Source: Rhina ancylostomus
Taxonomy: Eukaryota
NCBI GenBank assembly: GCA_030265395.1
Contig: JARFYF010000118.1
Location: forward strand, 24,506,081 to 24,570,080
DNA length: 64,000 bases
Direction of reading: 5' to 3'
Shown: piece after piece, positions 26,221-39,229 of the stretch
Position numbering within the stretch: the first letter of the stretch is position 1
Layout of the letters: the number at the start of each line of letters is the position of its first letter
Made by a program: the position numbers and the translations under genes
Notes under the pieces: generated by a model
What the model saw: the letters and a program-made list of their open reading frames with translations, nothing else
Told to the model about the DNA's origin: nothing
Database searches by the model: none

Positions 26221-27310
26221 ATGTAGGTTCCTTCAATGATACCTCAATCAACATACATTTACACAAATCCATCCCTCATTAGTAGTTTGCAGTATCTTTT
26301 CAGTGAAACTGGAAACTAAATGAACAGAAAACGGGGAAAAGTTTAAATTTAGGGAAAGGCTGCTCAAGGATGACATCAGGTGGTATTTCTCCACAAAGAG
26401 GCAGAAATTTTTTAATTCTCATCTAATGAAGTCTTAACAGCTTTCTGAGGGAATTTTTCTGAGGGAAAAATTAAAAATTGAGTGACTTTTGTTAAAAAAT
26501 GGTGTAACTAATTGTTACAGGTTCATGGATAGTAGACAAAGTTATGACTCTTGTCATTCATGATATACTTGAATGGCAGACAGGATTAATGTTTTGAATA
26601 GCCCACATCTGTTCTCATGTTACAGAACAAAATGTTTGAAACGTATAAAACATTCCATAATTCTAAGGTCTTATGAGAGATCGAATTTTCTTAGAAGTTA
26701 AACAACATGAGTAAAATTCAGCAGTTGTATTGACTGCAAAGATCAACAAGACAAAAAATTTTGAGGGTCAAAAATAATTACTTGAAAAGGAACTGATCCA
26801 GTTCATCTTGCCTTCTGGAAATGCTTCCAGTTTTGATCAACCATCAAGATAATTAGATGAAAGGTGACAAATAAAATGTTTTCACTCTAAGAAATATCAG
26901 ATGAAGAAAGCCTTTCAACCCATTTGACCTCATCATTGCACAATACTAAACAGTTATCTTTTTAACTAAACAAAATCTTAGTTTGGTGTTTTATTCAAAG
27001 GCAGTGAGGCATCCCCCAAATATTGTGCTCGGAGTTCCTGCAACAGAAGGAGTACAGCAGTTCAAGAAGGGGACTCACTACCATATTCTCAAGGGTAATT
27101 AGGAATGGGCAATAAATACTGGCCTTGACAGCAACACTCAAATCCTAAAAAACAAATAAAAGGTAAAAAAAAAGCATCATTAACATAATAACTAAAGTCT
27201 GTATCACCCTCTTATCATGCCATGATCAAGAGGGAATGGAAAGTGAAAGCAAAGATAGTCACTTAATAAGATTTGTAAAAAATGAATACAAATCCACAAC
27301 AAGTATCTAC

Positions 27311-27384
27311 CTGTCTATCGATCTGTCCAGAGACTGACAACTTCCAGAAAGTGATGCTTCAGCACTGCTGAAGGGGTCCAACAT
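27311..27384 (-). CDS. map3k22: Linker exon: [24 protein letters not shown](S)
   Basis: ttgcag acceptor and ag|gtagat donor. Matches MAP3K3 [25 protein letters not shown]. Phase 0 to 2. Confidence 0.92.
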
Positions 27385-29011
27385 CTGCAACAGAAACAAC
27401 AGTAAACTTACAGAGATAGCTAGCTTTGATATCAGATTAAACAAATACAGACAGGAACAAATGTACAATAAGGTCAACTGAAAAAGTTTTGACCTTGCAG
27501 AGAAACCATTGAAACAAAAGAATAACATTGCAATCTGAAGATCTGTATCTTTTTAGAACACAATGAGATAGAAGATCATCCATCAATTCACTGATTTCAA
27601 AGCAGCAGGATTTCAGAAGCAGGATACGAAAGCACATAAATTACTATATTGTGCTCTTAGCCTGAGACCCAGGATTAATTTCTTTCTCACTAACTTTCAT
27701 TTACTGCTCTTTGAACCCATGCACTAGCAAACTACTTTAGTAACTAAAGTAGTTTTATTTCTTATTATCAGGAAAGATGAAGGTCAGTTGCCCATGGAGA
27801 TTGATTCATGGGATAATATATAAGTTATTCATTTACTGTTGAACAACAATGCTTATTTTGATTAATCAACTCTGCAGATATAGTTCACAATCAGTTCATT
27901 TTTTGAGATAGATGTAATTACTAATTGGAATAAATTGATTAGTTGTCAAGCCTTGCCGTGTGATGAATATTAGGCATACAGTGAGAACATTTTTGAGGCT
28001 CTGGGAATTTCTGAGTAAACTCTGCATCTGGGATCTAATACGTTCTCTCACATCTTTTGTGTCTTATGCAGAAAAGGCACATGACACATTGATTTATGGC
28101 TTCAGGCAAAATACCAATCATTTAAGACCCTGACGTGAGGAAAGCAGAAGAACAAGTTCCATTGCGTTTAAAAAATGTTGTTAAATAATTCATGGTTCTT
28201 CCCTACATTTCAATTATAATTATGGTGTGTTATAACAAGTTATGTCTTATATTTAACTCAAAAATTAAGCCTTATATTGATCTCAATATAGAGCTGCATG
28301 CAACTAGCAGCCGATAATTCTGAGAATGCTTTAAGCACCATTGGGGTGGGGGGAGTCAATAAAGTGACGTGAGTGGCATCTTGAGGAGAGAAATAATCTG
28401 CTCAGGGACGACCTTTTTAAATCTGAGAAAACTCAATAGTTTAAAAAATGCACTAATTTCCCTGAAAATGAGCTGTGTCAAAGGATTAAGTCATGATATT
28501 CTCAACCCAAAATGTCAATGGTGTTGACCCAAAACATTCCCAGATGTTGCTTGATCCGCTGAGTTCCTCCAGCAGTTTTATTTTGCTCCAGATTCCAGCA
28601 TCTGCAGTCTCTTGGGTGCCAAATTAAATCAGAAGTTGCACATTGAATGCAGAAAATGGTAATTTGGGAAAGCACATTTCATGACTGGATATGTCTGGGT
28701 GGAATTTTGGAGAGGTGTGATTTGACTGGAAATCATCACAATTTCATTTTATTCTAGAAGATTTCATATGAATACCAGGAAAATAAATGGCTTTGTGCTC
28801 CTGAATTACTGAGTTCATGTTTCCAGTGCTTGGGACTTATACAAGTTTTGATCATAAAGTATTGTTCAGAACAGATGTATACAGGAACTCTCTGGATTTG
28901 CCTGATCTTAAAAAGCACCAATTATGTGTAAGTAGCTGTTGTTATCATGGCTGAATGATTGTAGCCTGAAGGATCTCAAATACATAAATTTCCAGGTTGG
29001 TGCACTGGGTA

Positions 29012-29688
29012 TATCACAATGTTGAGCAAGGACCAAGCTCACAGAGGACCCAAATGCAGCACAAGGGTACGAGACTGGAGACAGGATACTTCCTCAGGAC
29101 CAAACACGGGCAGCAACTGGAAGGAATCTTGCCTGTCGCCCAATCAAAATGGAGATTGTGGCAACTCAACCAAGGGTACCCAAGGACCATCGGCATCTGT
29201 GGGGAGGTTATCAAGTGGTATCGGATCTGTTTCCAATGGTTTCTGGAGATCAACAACAGCGGAGGTGTCTGGTGCGTGACTAAGGTCAACAGTCTGCCAT
29301 CCAGTGCCCAAAGCTCTACAGGAGCACTCAATGGCTCCCGGGGAATCCCTGCTCAGGAGGCTACCTTCTCATCCAACAGAATCCACCAAGGCAGAGAAGG
29401 ACAGGGACTGTCGGAGGTGCCTGATGGTAGCTGGCACCAGCAACTGGTTCTGGGAGGCCACAGGGAAAGTAGTCTGGCTTGCCAGGAGCCTCCTCTCTGC
29501 TGGTGACCCCTTCCCTTTTGGCCGAAGGGGACATGGCAAGAAAATAGCCAGGCTGGCCACAATATAGACATCTCCCAGCTCTTAATCTCTGACGTCGATT
29601 GGAGGGAGAAAGGCATTTCCACCCCAGTTGCATTGGTTGCTCCTCTGGGGTGGTGCAATCAGCTGGGTCGGGAGCCCCTCTAGGGGCA
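29012..29688 (-). mobile_element. Ty3/Gypsy (Sushi-like) LTR retrotransposon remnant: gag zinc knuckle, protease and LTR end
   Basis: MQLG...RRQRLRAGRCLYCGQPG (gag CCHC region), SALVDS (protease active site) and ALDGRLL.LVTHQT...VLGYPWL..HN.HFDW.TGKI, broken by frameshifts. Confidence 0.85.
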
Positions 29689-30570
29689 NNNNNNNNNNNN
29701 NNNNNNNNNNNNNNNNNNNNNNNNNNNNNNNNNNNNNNNNNNNNNNNNNNNNNNNNNNNNNNNNNNNNNNNNNNNNNNNNNNNNNNNNNNNNNNNNNNNN
29801 NNNNNNNNNNNNNNNNNNNNNNNNNNNNNNNNNGACAGCTTTTGGCAATTACAAACTGGTAAGTTTATGTGCCAACAGTATAACCTGCACCTATTCCTAA
29901 ATTATGCTATTATCCCATCCATCAGTTTTGTTTCTTCTTTAAGGAAGTCAATAAAGTTCATCAAATATGGATCTCCCTTTCACTTTGTTATGTTTCCCAT
30001 TTCGCACTATACTTCCAGCTTCCAGTGCTCTGCATAAATCTGCTATGTTTCAGGAGAAACTAAGGTCAGGTAATGGAACTCTAACTTTTAATTCTGTGAG
30101 CTGACTCTAACTTCCCTTTCCCTGCGCTCCATCCTCAGATACTGCAGCCATATTTCCACCCCACAAACACCACTTTGCTCCTCCCATCCTGCTTTTTAAA
30201 GTCCAGCCCTTTGCACTTTACATCTCCTCTACATCTCCTAATCTATTGGCTTCCTCTCTGCCAATAATACTTTCAGCTCTTGATATCTGTGCTGTAAAGC
30301 ATCAAGATCACTTTCAGTTTGACAAAACCAAAGCACTATTTGATCAGAGGCTTACTTCATATTAGTACCAGAAAATAAATGGTAATTGGCAACTACTAAC
30401 TCATCAACTCTGTTAGGCCTGTTTTTTAGAAATTATACACTCAAGGAGGAATCTGTCTCTTCATTTCAGAAGCACAACCGTCATGAAATTCAACTTGTTC
30501 AATTAATAGCACTAAACTAGGACTTTTCTGTACTTTGGAGCTTTGGCAGAATAGACAGAATAAATCTTAC

Positions 30571-30704
30571 ATTTTGTTCCAAAGTCTCTGGAATGAATTC
30601 TCCCTCACTATGGATACTGGTGTAAGATCCTTGACGTGCAAACTGCTGCTGACCATCAGGAACACTCCCAGGTGGAGGTGAACTACGACCTGTGTGCAGG
30701 GAAC
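30571..30704 (-). CDS. map3k22: MEKK2/3-family linker exon: [44 protein letters not shown]
   Basis: gctgcag acceptor and aat|gtaaga donor. Carries the RSSPPPG and [17 protein letters not shown] family motifs. Phase 1 to 0. Confidence 0.92.
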
Positions 30705-31779
30705 CTGCAGCAATTAGAAAAAATATAGAGAAGTTTAATTACTTTTATGCAAAACCTCTGCAACGTGAACAAGAACCCAATAGAGATTGGCAGTGACATA
30801 GATGCTACATGCCCAGTTTATATTATAGCATTGATATAGTTTGATGTGCAGCACATTCACCAGATTGATATTGGGGTTAAAGGGTTAAATTATAAGGAAT
30901 TGTATAAATTTGACTTGCATTCCATTTAGCAAAGAAACTTAGGGGTGCTTTAATTGTTAAAATTGATAGAAGGTTTCAACAGGATTAATAAGAGTGTCCA
31001 TTTATTCTGATGCCAGAATCCTGCAACTAAAATGAATGATCTTAATCTATAACAAATAAACTGTAGAGTTTTGGCCAAATTGGTGGTCACCCTGAAGTAC
31101 TTTACATTGAGGAGATGAGACCTGCTGCAGATTGCCAGGAAGGATAGTTACAGTCAGATCGCTGGAATCACTTAATTAGCTGCAAGTTGAATCAGTTGAT
31201 GGCAGGTTTAGTATTTATGTTTTTCTATCCTCAATGTACTTATGTACTTATTTTTTTACTTCAGGATGTTGACATCACTTGCAAAAGCACTATTTACTGA
31301 GATGCCCTTATTCATCTCCTTCAAGACCTCTCAGAAAACAAATATTTTAGATCAATAATTAGTCATCCTTCTAATGTTTTCTTCTTTTTGCTAGGCAACC
31401 TCTAAATGTCTGTGTGTTACAAATCCAAGAGATATTTGCAATTTCAATGGATTTCTATTTTAAAAATACCCATGGGAAACATGCCTTCTTCTTCGTCAGT
31501 AAAAGTGCTTTTTTAATAAGAAGTTAAAATCCTCCTGCAAGTCTAGGGAATTAGAACTTCTCATAACAAGGATTTCTGCTGGAATCCAACCTAGCTTTTA
31601 AGCCGCTAAGGGAAATATGGGAGTCCTTCTCACATTGTGTGGATTTGATAAGTGATGAGTGGGTTTCGACAGTGCTACATTATCTGAAATAAGATTTGGA
31701 GCGGGAAATTTGAAAAGAGGCAAGTGTCTGTGCTTGTGCGTTTCACCTTGCAGGAGTCTAAAAGAGGCACATTTGCGAG

Positions 31780-32159
31780 TTGTTAATAGTTGATTGGCTC
31801 ATTGGCTGGCTAACAGCAGCCAATAAAAAGAAGTCAGGGTCAAGTGGAATGGTCATTTTGGAGCAGTCATTTTGAGAGGGGCTGCTGTCCAGTCAAAGTG
31901 TTGCTGGTTGTCTAAGTGTGAACTTTGGTGATTACCAGGTTTCAGTGAGGAGTGAAAGCAACATGAAGGTAAGATGAGGGTAGGTTCTTATTTTTTTTTG
32001 TCTCTTTATTTTCCCTGAAAGGTTTTTTAGTCATGGCAGGTGAGCTCAGACCTGTGTCATGCTCCTCCTGCACAATGTGGGAACTTGTGGAGGCTGCCAA
32101 TGTCCCTGATGACTGTGTGCAGGAAGTGTCCAGCTGCAGCTCCTGACAGACTGCATGAC
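31780..32159 (+). mobile_element. CR1 LINE 5' end (5'UTR and ORF1 start), cut by a gap
   Basis: ATG at 32033 opens MAGELRPVSCSSCTMWELVEAANVPDDCVCRKC, a CxxCxMW..CxxC motif typical of CR1 ORF1. Confidence 0.6.
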
Positions 32160-32259
32160 NNNNNNNNNNNNNNNNNNNNNNNNNNNNNNNNNNNNNNNNN
32201 NNNNNNNNNNNNNNNNNNNNNNNNNNNNNNNNNNNNNNNNNNNNNNNNNNNNNNNNNNN

Positions 32260-33130
32260 TCTTCAAAGCATTGTGTAAGATTACACACCTGGCCAGTACA
32301 CAAACTGCCTGACCAGAAACCAGCTTGTTTGGTAATAAATTATTTTTCTAGAATGTTAAAAGGTCCATTCAAGATGATGCACTCATCAAATCTATACAGT
32401 GCCAGAACATGAGATTTGCCTGGACATTCTTTCGGTCTGAGGGCTTCCTGGTTTCTGAAGTGCAACAATGCATACTTATCTCTGAATCTTAGGCAAGCAG
32501 CTCAGGCAGTTTTGCATAGTCTCAACGACCTGCTGGGGTGAGTTTTTTTATATATGTTCACATTATCAAGGCCTCTGACCTTGCTATTTTCCTGTTCCAC
32601 GGCTGCAAAATTGTTCTCTTCTTCTCATTTTAGTTTTCTTTTCTGCTATTTGAGGGCTTACCATTTTTAGCAGTTGATAATGTAAGATGGTTAGTAGCTA
32701 AATTGTAGTATTGCTCAGTTGCCTGTGAACCATTGCTGTTTTTGTAAACGTTCTTGCTATTCTGTGTCATCATATAGAATAAGAGGAATTGGCTGAAGAT
32801 TGTCTTGTGGTGGATCTAGTGTGAAGTAGTTTAACAGTGTTACTGTGGAGCCACATTTGGTAATGGACCCGGAACTCCGCAATACATAACATATTCTATG
32901 TCCTTGCTGTTTCTGCACTGTGATGGCCAATGCAGATTCATCAGCTATAGGAGAACGGCAGGAAATAAGCAGATTTCTTTGCCCGTATTTGATCTGATAA
33001 AGTGAGGATTCCCAGGGCCATTTCCTAATGGATCATCTTTGTGCTGCTACATCTTGGAGGACAATCCTGTTGGTAGGATGGCACACATCTGGATTCAGCA
33101 ATGGAGCAGTTATGGACATTGGCTGAAAGT
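32260..33130 (-). mobile_element. Degenerate Ingi/Vingi (I-group) LINE, linker and RT start
   Basis: Minus strand gives ENSKVRGLDNV, then LYRFDECIILNGPFNILEK*FITKQAGFWSGSLCTGQVCNLTQCFE, with upstream MTQNSK and YQLL.NGK-like remnants. Confidence 0.6.
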
Positions 33131-33859
33131 GATTATTTCATAAGCAAGTCTATGTCACCTAGGATTAAATTTTCCAATTTTGGCACATACTTTCACATTT
33201 TTAACATACTTCAGTGGTGAATGTGTATTTACCTTCACTGAATCTAGCGCTGAGTTTGAGGGAAGTAACTGCAGTATGGAGTTCATGGAATAGAATGACA
33301 TGCTAGTTAAGTCAACCTTTGAATGTGAAACTTCTTCCCCTAAAGGACATTATGGCACTAGATAAATGTTTATGACAATCTTGTAGTTTCGTAGTCACCA
33401 GTACTGAATCAACTGAACTAAATTCTACAATTGATGATTTTGAATTTTGACTAACATTTCCAAAGTTTCATGCCTCAGGATAACTAGTCCAGTAATGTAA
33501 CTATTAGGCTAAAGTGGAAGGGTTTACAGATGTGATTCAGACTGGAGGGCCAAATGTTCTGCAGTCAACTGTGGAATAAATGCAAAAGCTCAGATGCAGG
33601 AGGCAAAGGGATAAAACAGAAAGGTCCTGGATCTAAAGCTGTAGGAACAGGTGGTAAACAATCATGGGCATTTTGTATACGAGGGCATGGAGTCAGTTGT
33701 CTGGGGATGGGAAAGGTGGAAACAGTCAGCATAGGATGGAGCATAGCACTTTATATTTCAAACTGGAAATGATAGATAAGTTGCACAGAAAGAGGAGGAG
33801 GCCATTCTATCTCTGGAACCTGTTTTATTCTTAAGTAGATCATAAGAACATAACAAATA

Positions 33860-34372
33860 GCAACAGTGAGCTCTGCCATTCAATAAATCCAAGAAGCCAA
33901 AGAGGGTCACCAGGATGCTGCCTGGATTAGACAGATTAGCTACAAGAGGTTGGGCCAACTTGGATTGTTTTCTCTGGAGCATTGGAGGCTGTGGGGCAAC
34001 CTGATGGAAGTATATAAAATTATGAGAGAAATAGATAGGGTAGATAGTCAGTGTCTTTTTCCCAGGGAGGAAATGTCAAATACTAGAGGGCACAGCTTTA
34101 AAATAACGGGGGGGGAAGGTTAAAGGGGTTTAAAGAGGCAAGTTTTTTCATACTGAGAATAGTAAGTCCCTGGAACGCCCAGCCCAAGAGAGGTGGTAGA
34201 AGTAGATATAATAGCAATATTTAAAAGACATTTAGACAGACACATTAACAGGTGGGCAATCAATGGATTATAGTCCACTTTCAGGCAGATGAGATCGATG
34301 CAGATTGACATGGTTGGCACAAAGTGGTGGGCCAAAGGATCTGTCCCTGCACTGTACCATCCTATGTTCTAT
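33860..34372 (+). mobile_element. CR1 LINE 3' fragment
   Basis: ttcaccaggatgctgcctgga...ggcaacctgatggaagtatataaaattatgag, ending in a cctatgttctat tail. Confidence 0.85.
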
Positions 34373-35369
34373 AAGGCTCTATCTAACCTGTGATGTTGTG
34401 GAAAGTGTAGCTATTGCAATATCAGGTCTCCACTGCAATAGACCAGATTGTCTGATCCACTGACACCAGACACCGGCACTCCCGCTCTGGGAGTCTTTGG
34501 CCCCTCACTTGGCCACTTCAGAAAACCTAGAAGCAACTTTTGAAACTTAATGACGGCTGTTCTGATCTTAGTCTCAGATCAACTATCTTACTGACCCCCA
34601 TCACTCATGATTCCCTAAAGTATAAAGATCTAAGCAAGTAAGTTTGGAAAATGGATTAAGAAAAAAAACATTTGTGCCCATTTCCTGCTGGCCCTGGTCA
34701 TGAGGAAGTTTGACCATCTTTAGGAAATTGGACTGGACACCTTCTGTTGTGATTCACCCCTGGCATTTTCCCATCGCTATTTTCACATCCAGTGAAGTCT
34801 CCAACCTACGCACCAGCCATTTTTAGTTGATCAATTAGATCTTTGTCCTTTATTGTTCTCTCTCTGTAAAACTTCTTTCATGGCAAGTTGTGGAATATAA
34901 ATAACTTAGAAGATCCTCCTCCTCTCTCTCAGGACGTTTTCACTGAGACCTCTATTTTCATTTGTGTGCTGCCGTCTTCCACACAAGCAGCGCTGAAAAA
35001 GATCACAACATCTGTGCACTGCGCACCTCAGGGCAAACACTAAGCCTGATGCTCACTTTGGCAGTTGCCAAGCCCTAACATATGCACAGTCAGGATGGTC
35101 CAACAGGTGGGCATGCCCCATCAGAGACCAGTGTGTGATTTCATGCGTCGCTACAATGTCTCTAAAGTTACTGAAAGGCTATTGTGGACAGAACACCTTA
35201 ACAGTGCTGACCAGCTTCCCAGTGTGCAAATGATGTAGCAACTCTGAGTACTGCAAGCTACTATCTTCCATGGTTATGCAGTTTGACCCGCCGTTTCTAA
35301 ACGGGAGCAAGGCATAATAGTGCAAATGTCCTGATTTTGTAATTTTTTTTTAATGGTTAGTGCACCAAA

Positions 35370-36420
35370 AGTGGATGAAACTCAATTTCTAGGCTTTGAT
35401 ATCCCAACCTCCACAGCTCTCTAGAATGCACAATACTATGAGGGAAGAAATTCCTTGGCAGCCCAGTCTTAATTTGGCATATCATTATCCTCAGGCTATG
35501 CCTATCTGTTGTAGATTCCACAAGCAGAGGAAACATCCACTCACTATTCATGTTGTCAAATTTCTTCAGGATCTCATATATTTCTGTAAGATTACCCCTC
35601 ATTCTTCCAGACTTCAAGCATATACAAGGCCAATCTAATTAATGTTTCTTTCTTTGTACTTAGACTCAATCTAATGAATCTTCTCTGTAATACCTCCAAT
35701 GCAAGTATACCTGACCCTACATAAAGAGCCCAAATCTGTGAGCAGCTGTCCAAGTGTGTTCTCAAAGTCCCATAGAATTGCAGCAAAACTTCCATTTGTA
35801 CTCCATCCCCTTTGCAATAATGCCAAGATCCCATTTGCTTCCTGAGTCCATGAGTTAACTTCTTCTACTTCTTAGATGAGATATTGAGATTTCTCTGAAC
35901 ACCAGCATTCCACAATAACTATTTAAGTAATATACTGTTTTTTTATTCTACCTTTCAAAGTGGTAACCTCATGTATCTCTGCATAACACTTCATCCAGGT
36001 AGTTTTGCCCACTTACTTATCTTGTCTGTATTCCTTTGGTGACTTTCGTGGTCCTCCCAAAACACATCTCCCTATTTATCTCCATGTAATCATCAAACTT
36101 TAACACAATATATCCACTGCCTTTGTCTAAAGAACTAAGATAGAATCAAAACAGCTAAGGTGCCAACAGTGATGCCTGTGTCACACTTCCACTAACAGAT
36201 TGCCTACCTGAAAAACCCTACTCTTTGCTTTCCAGCAGCCAGCCAATCCTCTATCACTGTAACTATATTATCCTCAAAGATCATCCTCAGAAAAACTACT
36301 AAATTTTCCAAACACAGCTTTGCTTTCACGTAACATTGTTATCTCCATTCTGTCATATTAAAGTTTTTTTAAGTGTCCTGTTGCCACTTACTTAATAATG
36401 GATTCCAGATTATGATTGTT
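35370..36420 (-). mobile_element. Degenerate CR1 LINE (RT to C-terminus)
   Basis: ORFs contain LQFYGTLRTHLDSCSQIW...LEVLQRRFIRL and RGNLTEIYEILK. Confidence 0.7.
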
Positions 36421-36549
36421 CAGAGTTACCTCTGTCCACCAACTTTAATTCCAGAACGATTCTCTCATTGTCACTTCCTGCACTTTGAATCTTCCACATA
36501 TCATTGGTATAGGTTTAACTTGTAAAAGCAGCTTTCAAGGAAATGCTGC

Positions 36550-37702
36550 TGGTCATTCATCTCACAAAGCTGATTGAGTTTTTTGAGGAGGTGATTAGGA
36601 AAATTGACGAGGACAGTGCGGTAGACATGGTTTACATGGACTTTAGTAAGGCTTTTGACAAGGTCCCGCATGGTAGATGGTCGAGGAAGTTAAGGCACAG
36701 TGATCTGAGGCATGTTGGCAAACTGGATCCAAAATTGGCTTGATGACAGGAGGCAGAGGGTAGTGGTAAAGGGCTGTTTTTCTGACTGGAAGTCTGTAAC
36801 CAGTGGTTTACAGCAGGGTTCATTGCTGGAACCTTTATTGTTTGTCATATACATAAATGACTTGGGTGAGAATGTAGGTGGTCCGATGAGTAAATTTGCA
36901 GACAATACAAAAATTAGTTGAGTTATAGATAGCGAAGAAGGTCATGTGAGGACATAGTGAGACATAGATCATCTGAAAAGTGGAGTGGTGGCATATGGAA
37001 TTTAATCCAGATAAGGTAAATGGCAGGGGCCGCGGGAGTATTGATATACAGAGAGACCTTGGGGTGCAAGTCCATAGCTCCCGGAAAGTGGTGACATAGG
37101 TAGATAGAGTAGTGAAGAAGGCATTTACTATGCTTGCCTTCATAGGCTGAGGCATTGAGTATAAAAGAGTTCATAAGTCATGTTGCAGTTGTACGAAACA
37201 TTGGTTAGACCACACTTAGAGCATTGTGCATAGTTCTGATCACCTCACTACAGGAAGGATGTAGTAGTGAGAGTGCAGAAGAGATTTACTAGGAGGTAGC
37301 CTGGAATGGAGGGATGTGGTTATGAGGAGAGTTTGGATAGGTTGGATTTATTCTCACGGGGCCTAAGAGGCTGATGGGTGACCTTTATATATAAGAGTTA
37401 TGAGATTTCGAAAATTATGAGGGGCATGGATAAGATAGAATCTTTTCTCAGAGCAGGGGAGTTTAGAACTAGAGAGTGGAGGTTTGGGTGAGAAAGGAGA
37501 AATTTAAGAGAGATCTGAGGGGTAGGTATTTCACATAGAGGGTGGTGAATATCGGGAATGAGCTGCCAGAGGAGGTGGTAGAGACAGATACAATTATAAT
37601 GTTTAGAAGCTCTTGGACAGGTACATGCAAGGGTAAGATATAGAAGAATACAACTCTAATGTAGGCAAATGGAACTAGCATAAAGAGACATCAGGATCAC
37701 TG
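36550..37702 (+). mobile_element. 5'-truncated CR1 LINE: RT core to 3'UTR, with frameshifts
   Basis: LIEFFEEV...AVDMVYMDFSKAFDKVPH, WIQNWL..RRQRVVV, QGSLLEPLLFVIYINDL and KFADNTK. Confidence 0.9.
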
Positions 37703-37963
37703 NNNNNNNNNNNNNNNNNNNNNNNNNNNNNNNNNNNNNNNNNNNNNNNNNNNNNNNNNNNNNNNNNNNNNNNNNNNNNNNNNNNNNNNNNNNNNNNNNG
37801 ATCAAGACTCCAAAATTATACAATACGAAAAAAAACAGATTGTTTCGCTCCTGAGCTTTCCCACACCACATCACAAAGAGTGAACTGAACTAGCTTGGTG
37901 ACTGTACTGGCAAGATTTGCAGAATTTAAACCTATCGTCCTTAGTTTTTGATGCAAATCTTAC

Positions 37964-38058
37964 CTGTTTGTTCTTGCTAGTGTCATAATCCAGCAACTTT
38001 CGGCACTTGCCCAGAGCAGCCAAATCTTTCATAATCGAATTCAGGGCTTCTTGCTCAT
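37964..38058 (-). CDS. map3k22: MEKK2/3-family kinase, N-terminal helix exon: (D)EQEALNSIMKDLAALGKCRKLLDYDTSKNKQ
   Basis: ttttgcag acceptor and cag|gtaaga donor. Closely matches the MAP3K3 N-terminus MDEQEALNSIMNDLVAL. Confidence 0.9.
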
Positions 38059-38184
38059 CTGCAAAACAAGGCAGACAACCCCAAGACAAAAATAGAATTA
38101 ATTAATATAATGTAATAACCACATAATTGAAAGAAAAATATCCATTGGATTATAACAGACAATTAAAACCAAGCAGCAGCAACT

Positions 38185-38560
38185 TGTATCATCTATAGGA
38201 TGCACTGCAACAACTCACCAGGGGTCCTTAGACAGCACCTTCCAAATCCACAACCTCTACCAGCTTGAAGGACAAGGTCAACAAAAGCATGGGAACACCA
38301 CCTGGAAGTTATGCTCCAAGCCATCCTGACTTGGAAATATATTCTTGCTCCTTCACCATTACTGGGTCAAAATCCCGAAACTCTCTTCCTAACAGCATTG
38401 TGGGTATACTCACACCTTAAGGACTGCAATGGAAGATAGCTCACCACCAACTTCTCAAGGGCGAGAAGATAGCTCACCACCACCTTCTCAAGGGCAACTG
38501 GGGACAAGCAATTAAATGCTGTCAGCCTGCGAAGCTCACATCCCTGAGTGAATAAAAAAA
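38185..38560 (+). mobile_element. CR1/L2-clade LINE (second family) 3' end with A tail; contains an internal ~33-bp tandem duplication (38432-38495)
   Basis: Tail ctcaccaccaccttctcaagggcaa..aaatgctg..tgaataaaaaaa, also seen at about 27050-27160 and 7430-7540. gaagatagctcaccacca.cttctcaagggc occurs twice. Confidence 0.65.
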
Positions 38561-39229
38561 ATCTGTCTGCTCAAACTCCTACATATTGCTTTGCTAAACA
38601 CTGAAATTATTTAGAAGCATAGTGATAGTCACTAATTAGGTGGATGCCCCAAGCATCTCTATCGGAGAAGATGTTGGCAATATGTACATTTCCCCCTATA
38701 AATAGAGATGTTACTGAACAATTAGCAACTAATAAACAAACTGCATTCATTTCTCAACTACAGTACAGGATCTTACATGCAATTTATGCACACTCAGTGG
38801 CCAAAGTGGGGAAATGAGGACATCATTATGCATAGCAACTGCCAGCAAATGGCAATGAAATAATCTGCTCTGGTGATTTTTCATAGGGATAAATAGTAGC
38901 TAAAAGCCTCATCATCTTCATAAAGAACAATGGGATGTTTACATCCATGGCACAAACCATAGCTCAGATAAATTCTTTTCAAGTGTTGGGGTGAAGAATG
39001 ACCAGTAGCAAAGCCTTGTTGCCACAGTGATGGAAGAGAAGCAGCAGGTAATTGCAGAGGATTAACAGAAGATGGCAGAGAGTGCAACAGGTTAAGTAAG
39101 TAGACCAAAATTTGACAGATGAAGTATACTGTGGGAAGTGTGATAATAGTAAGAAGAATAGAACAGGAAAATACATGAAGCACAAGAAATAAGCACGCAG
39201 GTATAGTAAGGAAGGAAAATGGATCTTAT

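Noticed and set aside
28997-29567. Plus-strand ORFs of up to 169 aa
   Set aside because: They are antisense shadows of the minus-strand Gypsy gag-protease remnant.
31470-31684. Candidate missing linker exon (ttatttcag acceptor, catgg|gtattt donor, RRRRHVS-like read)
   Set aside because: The frame needed for a phase-1 end hits a TAA stop, the donor is weak, and there is no PB1 similarity.
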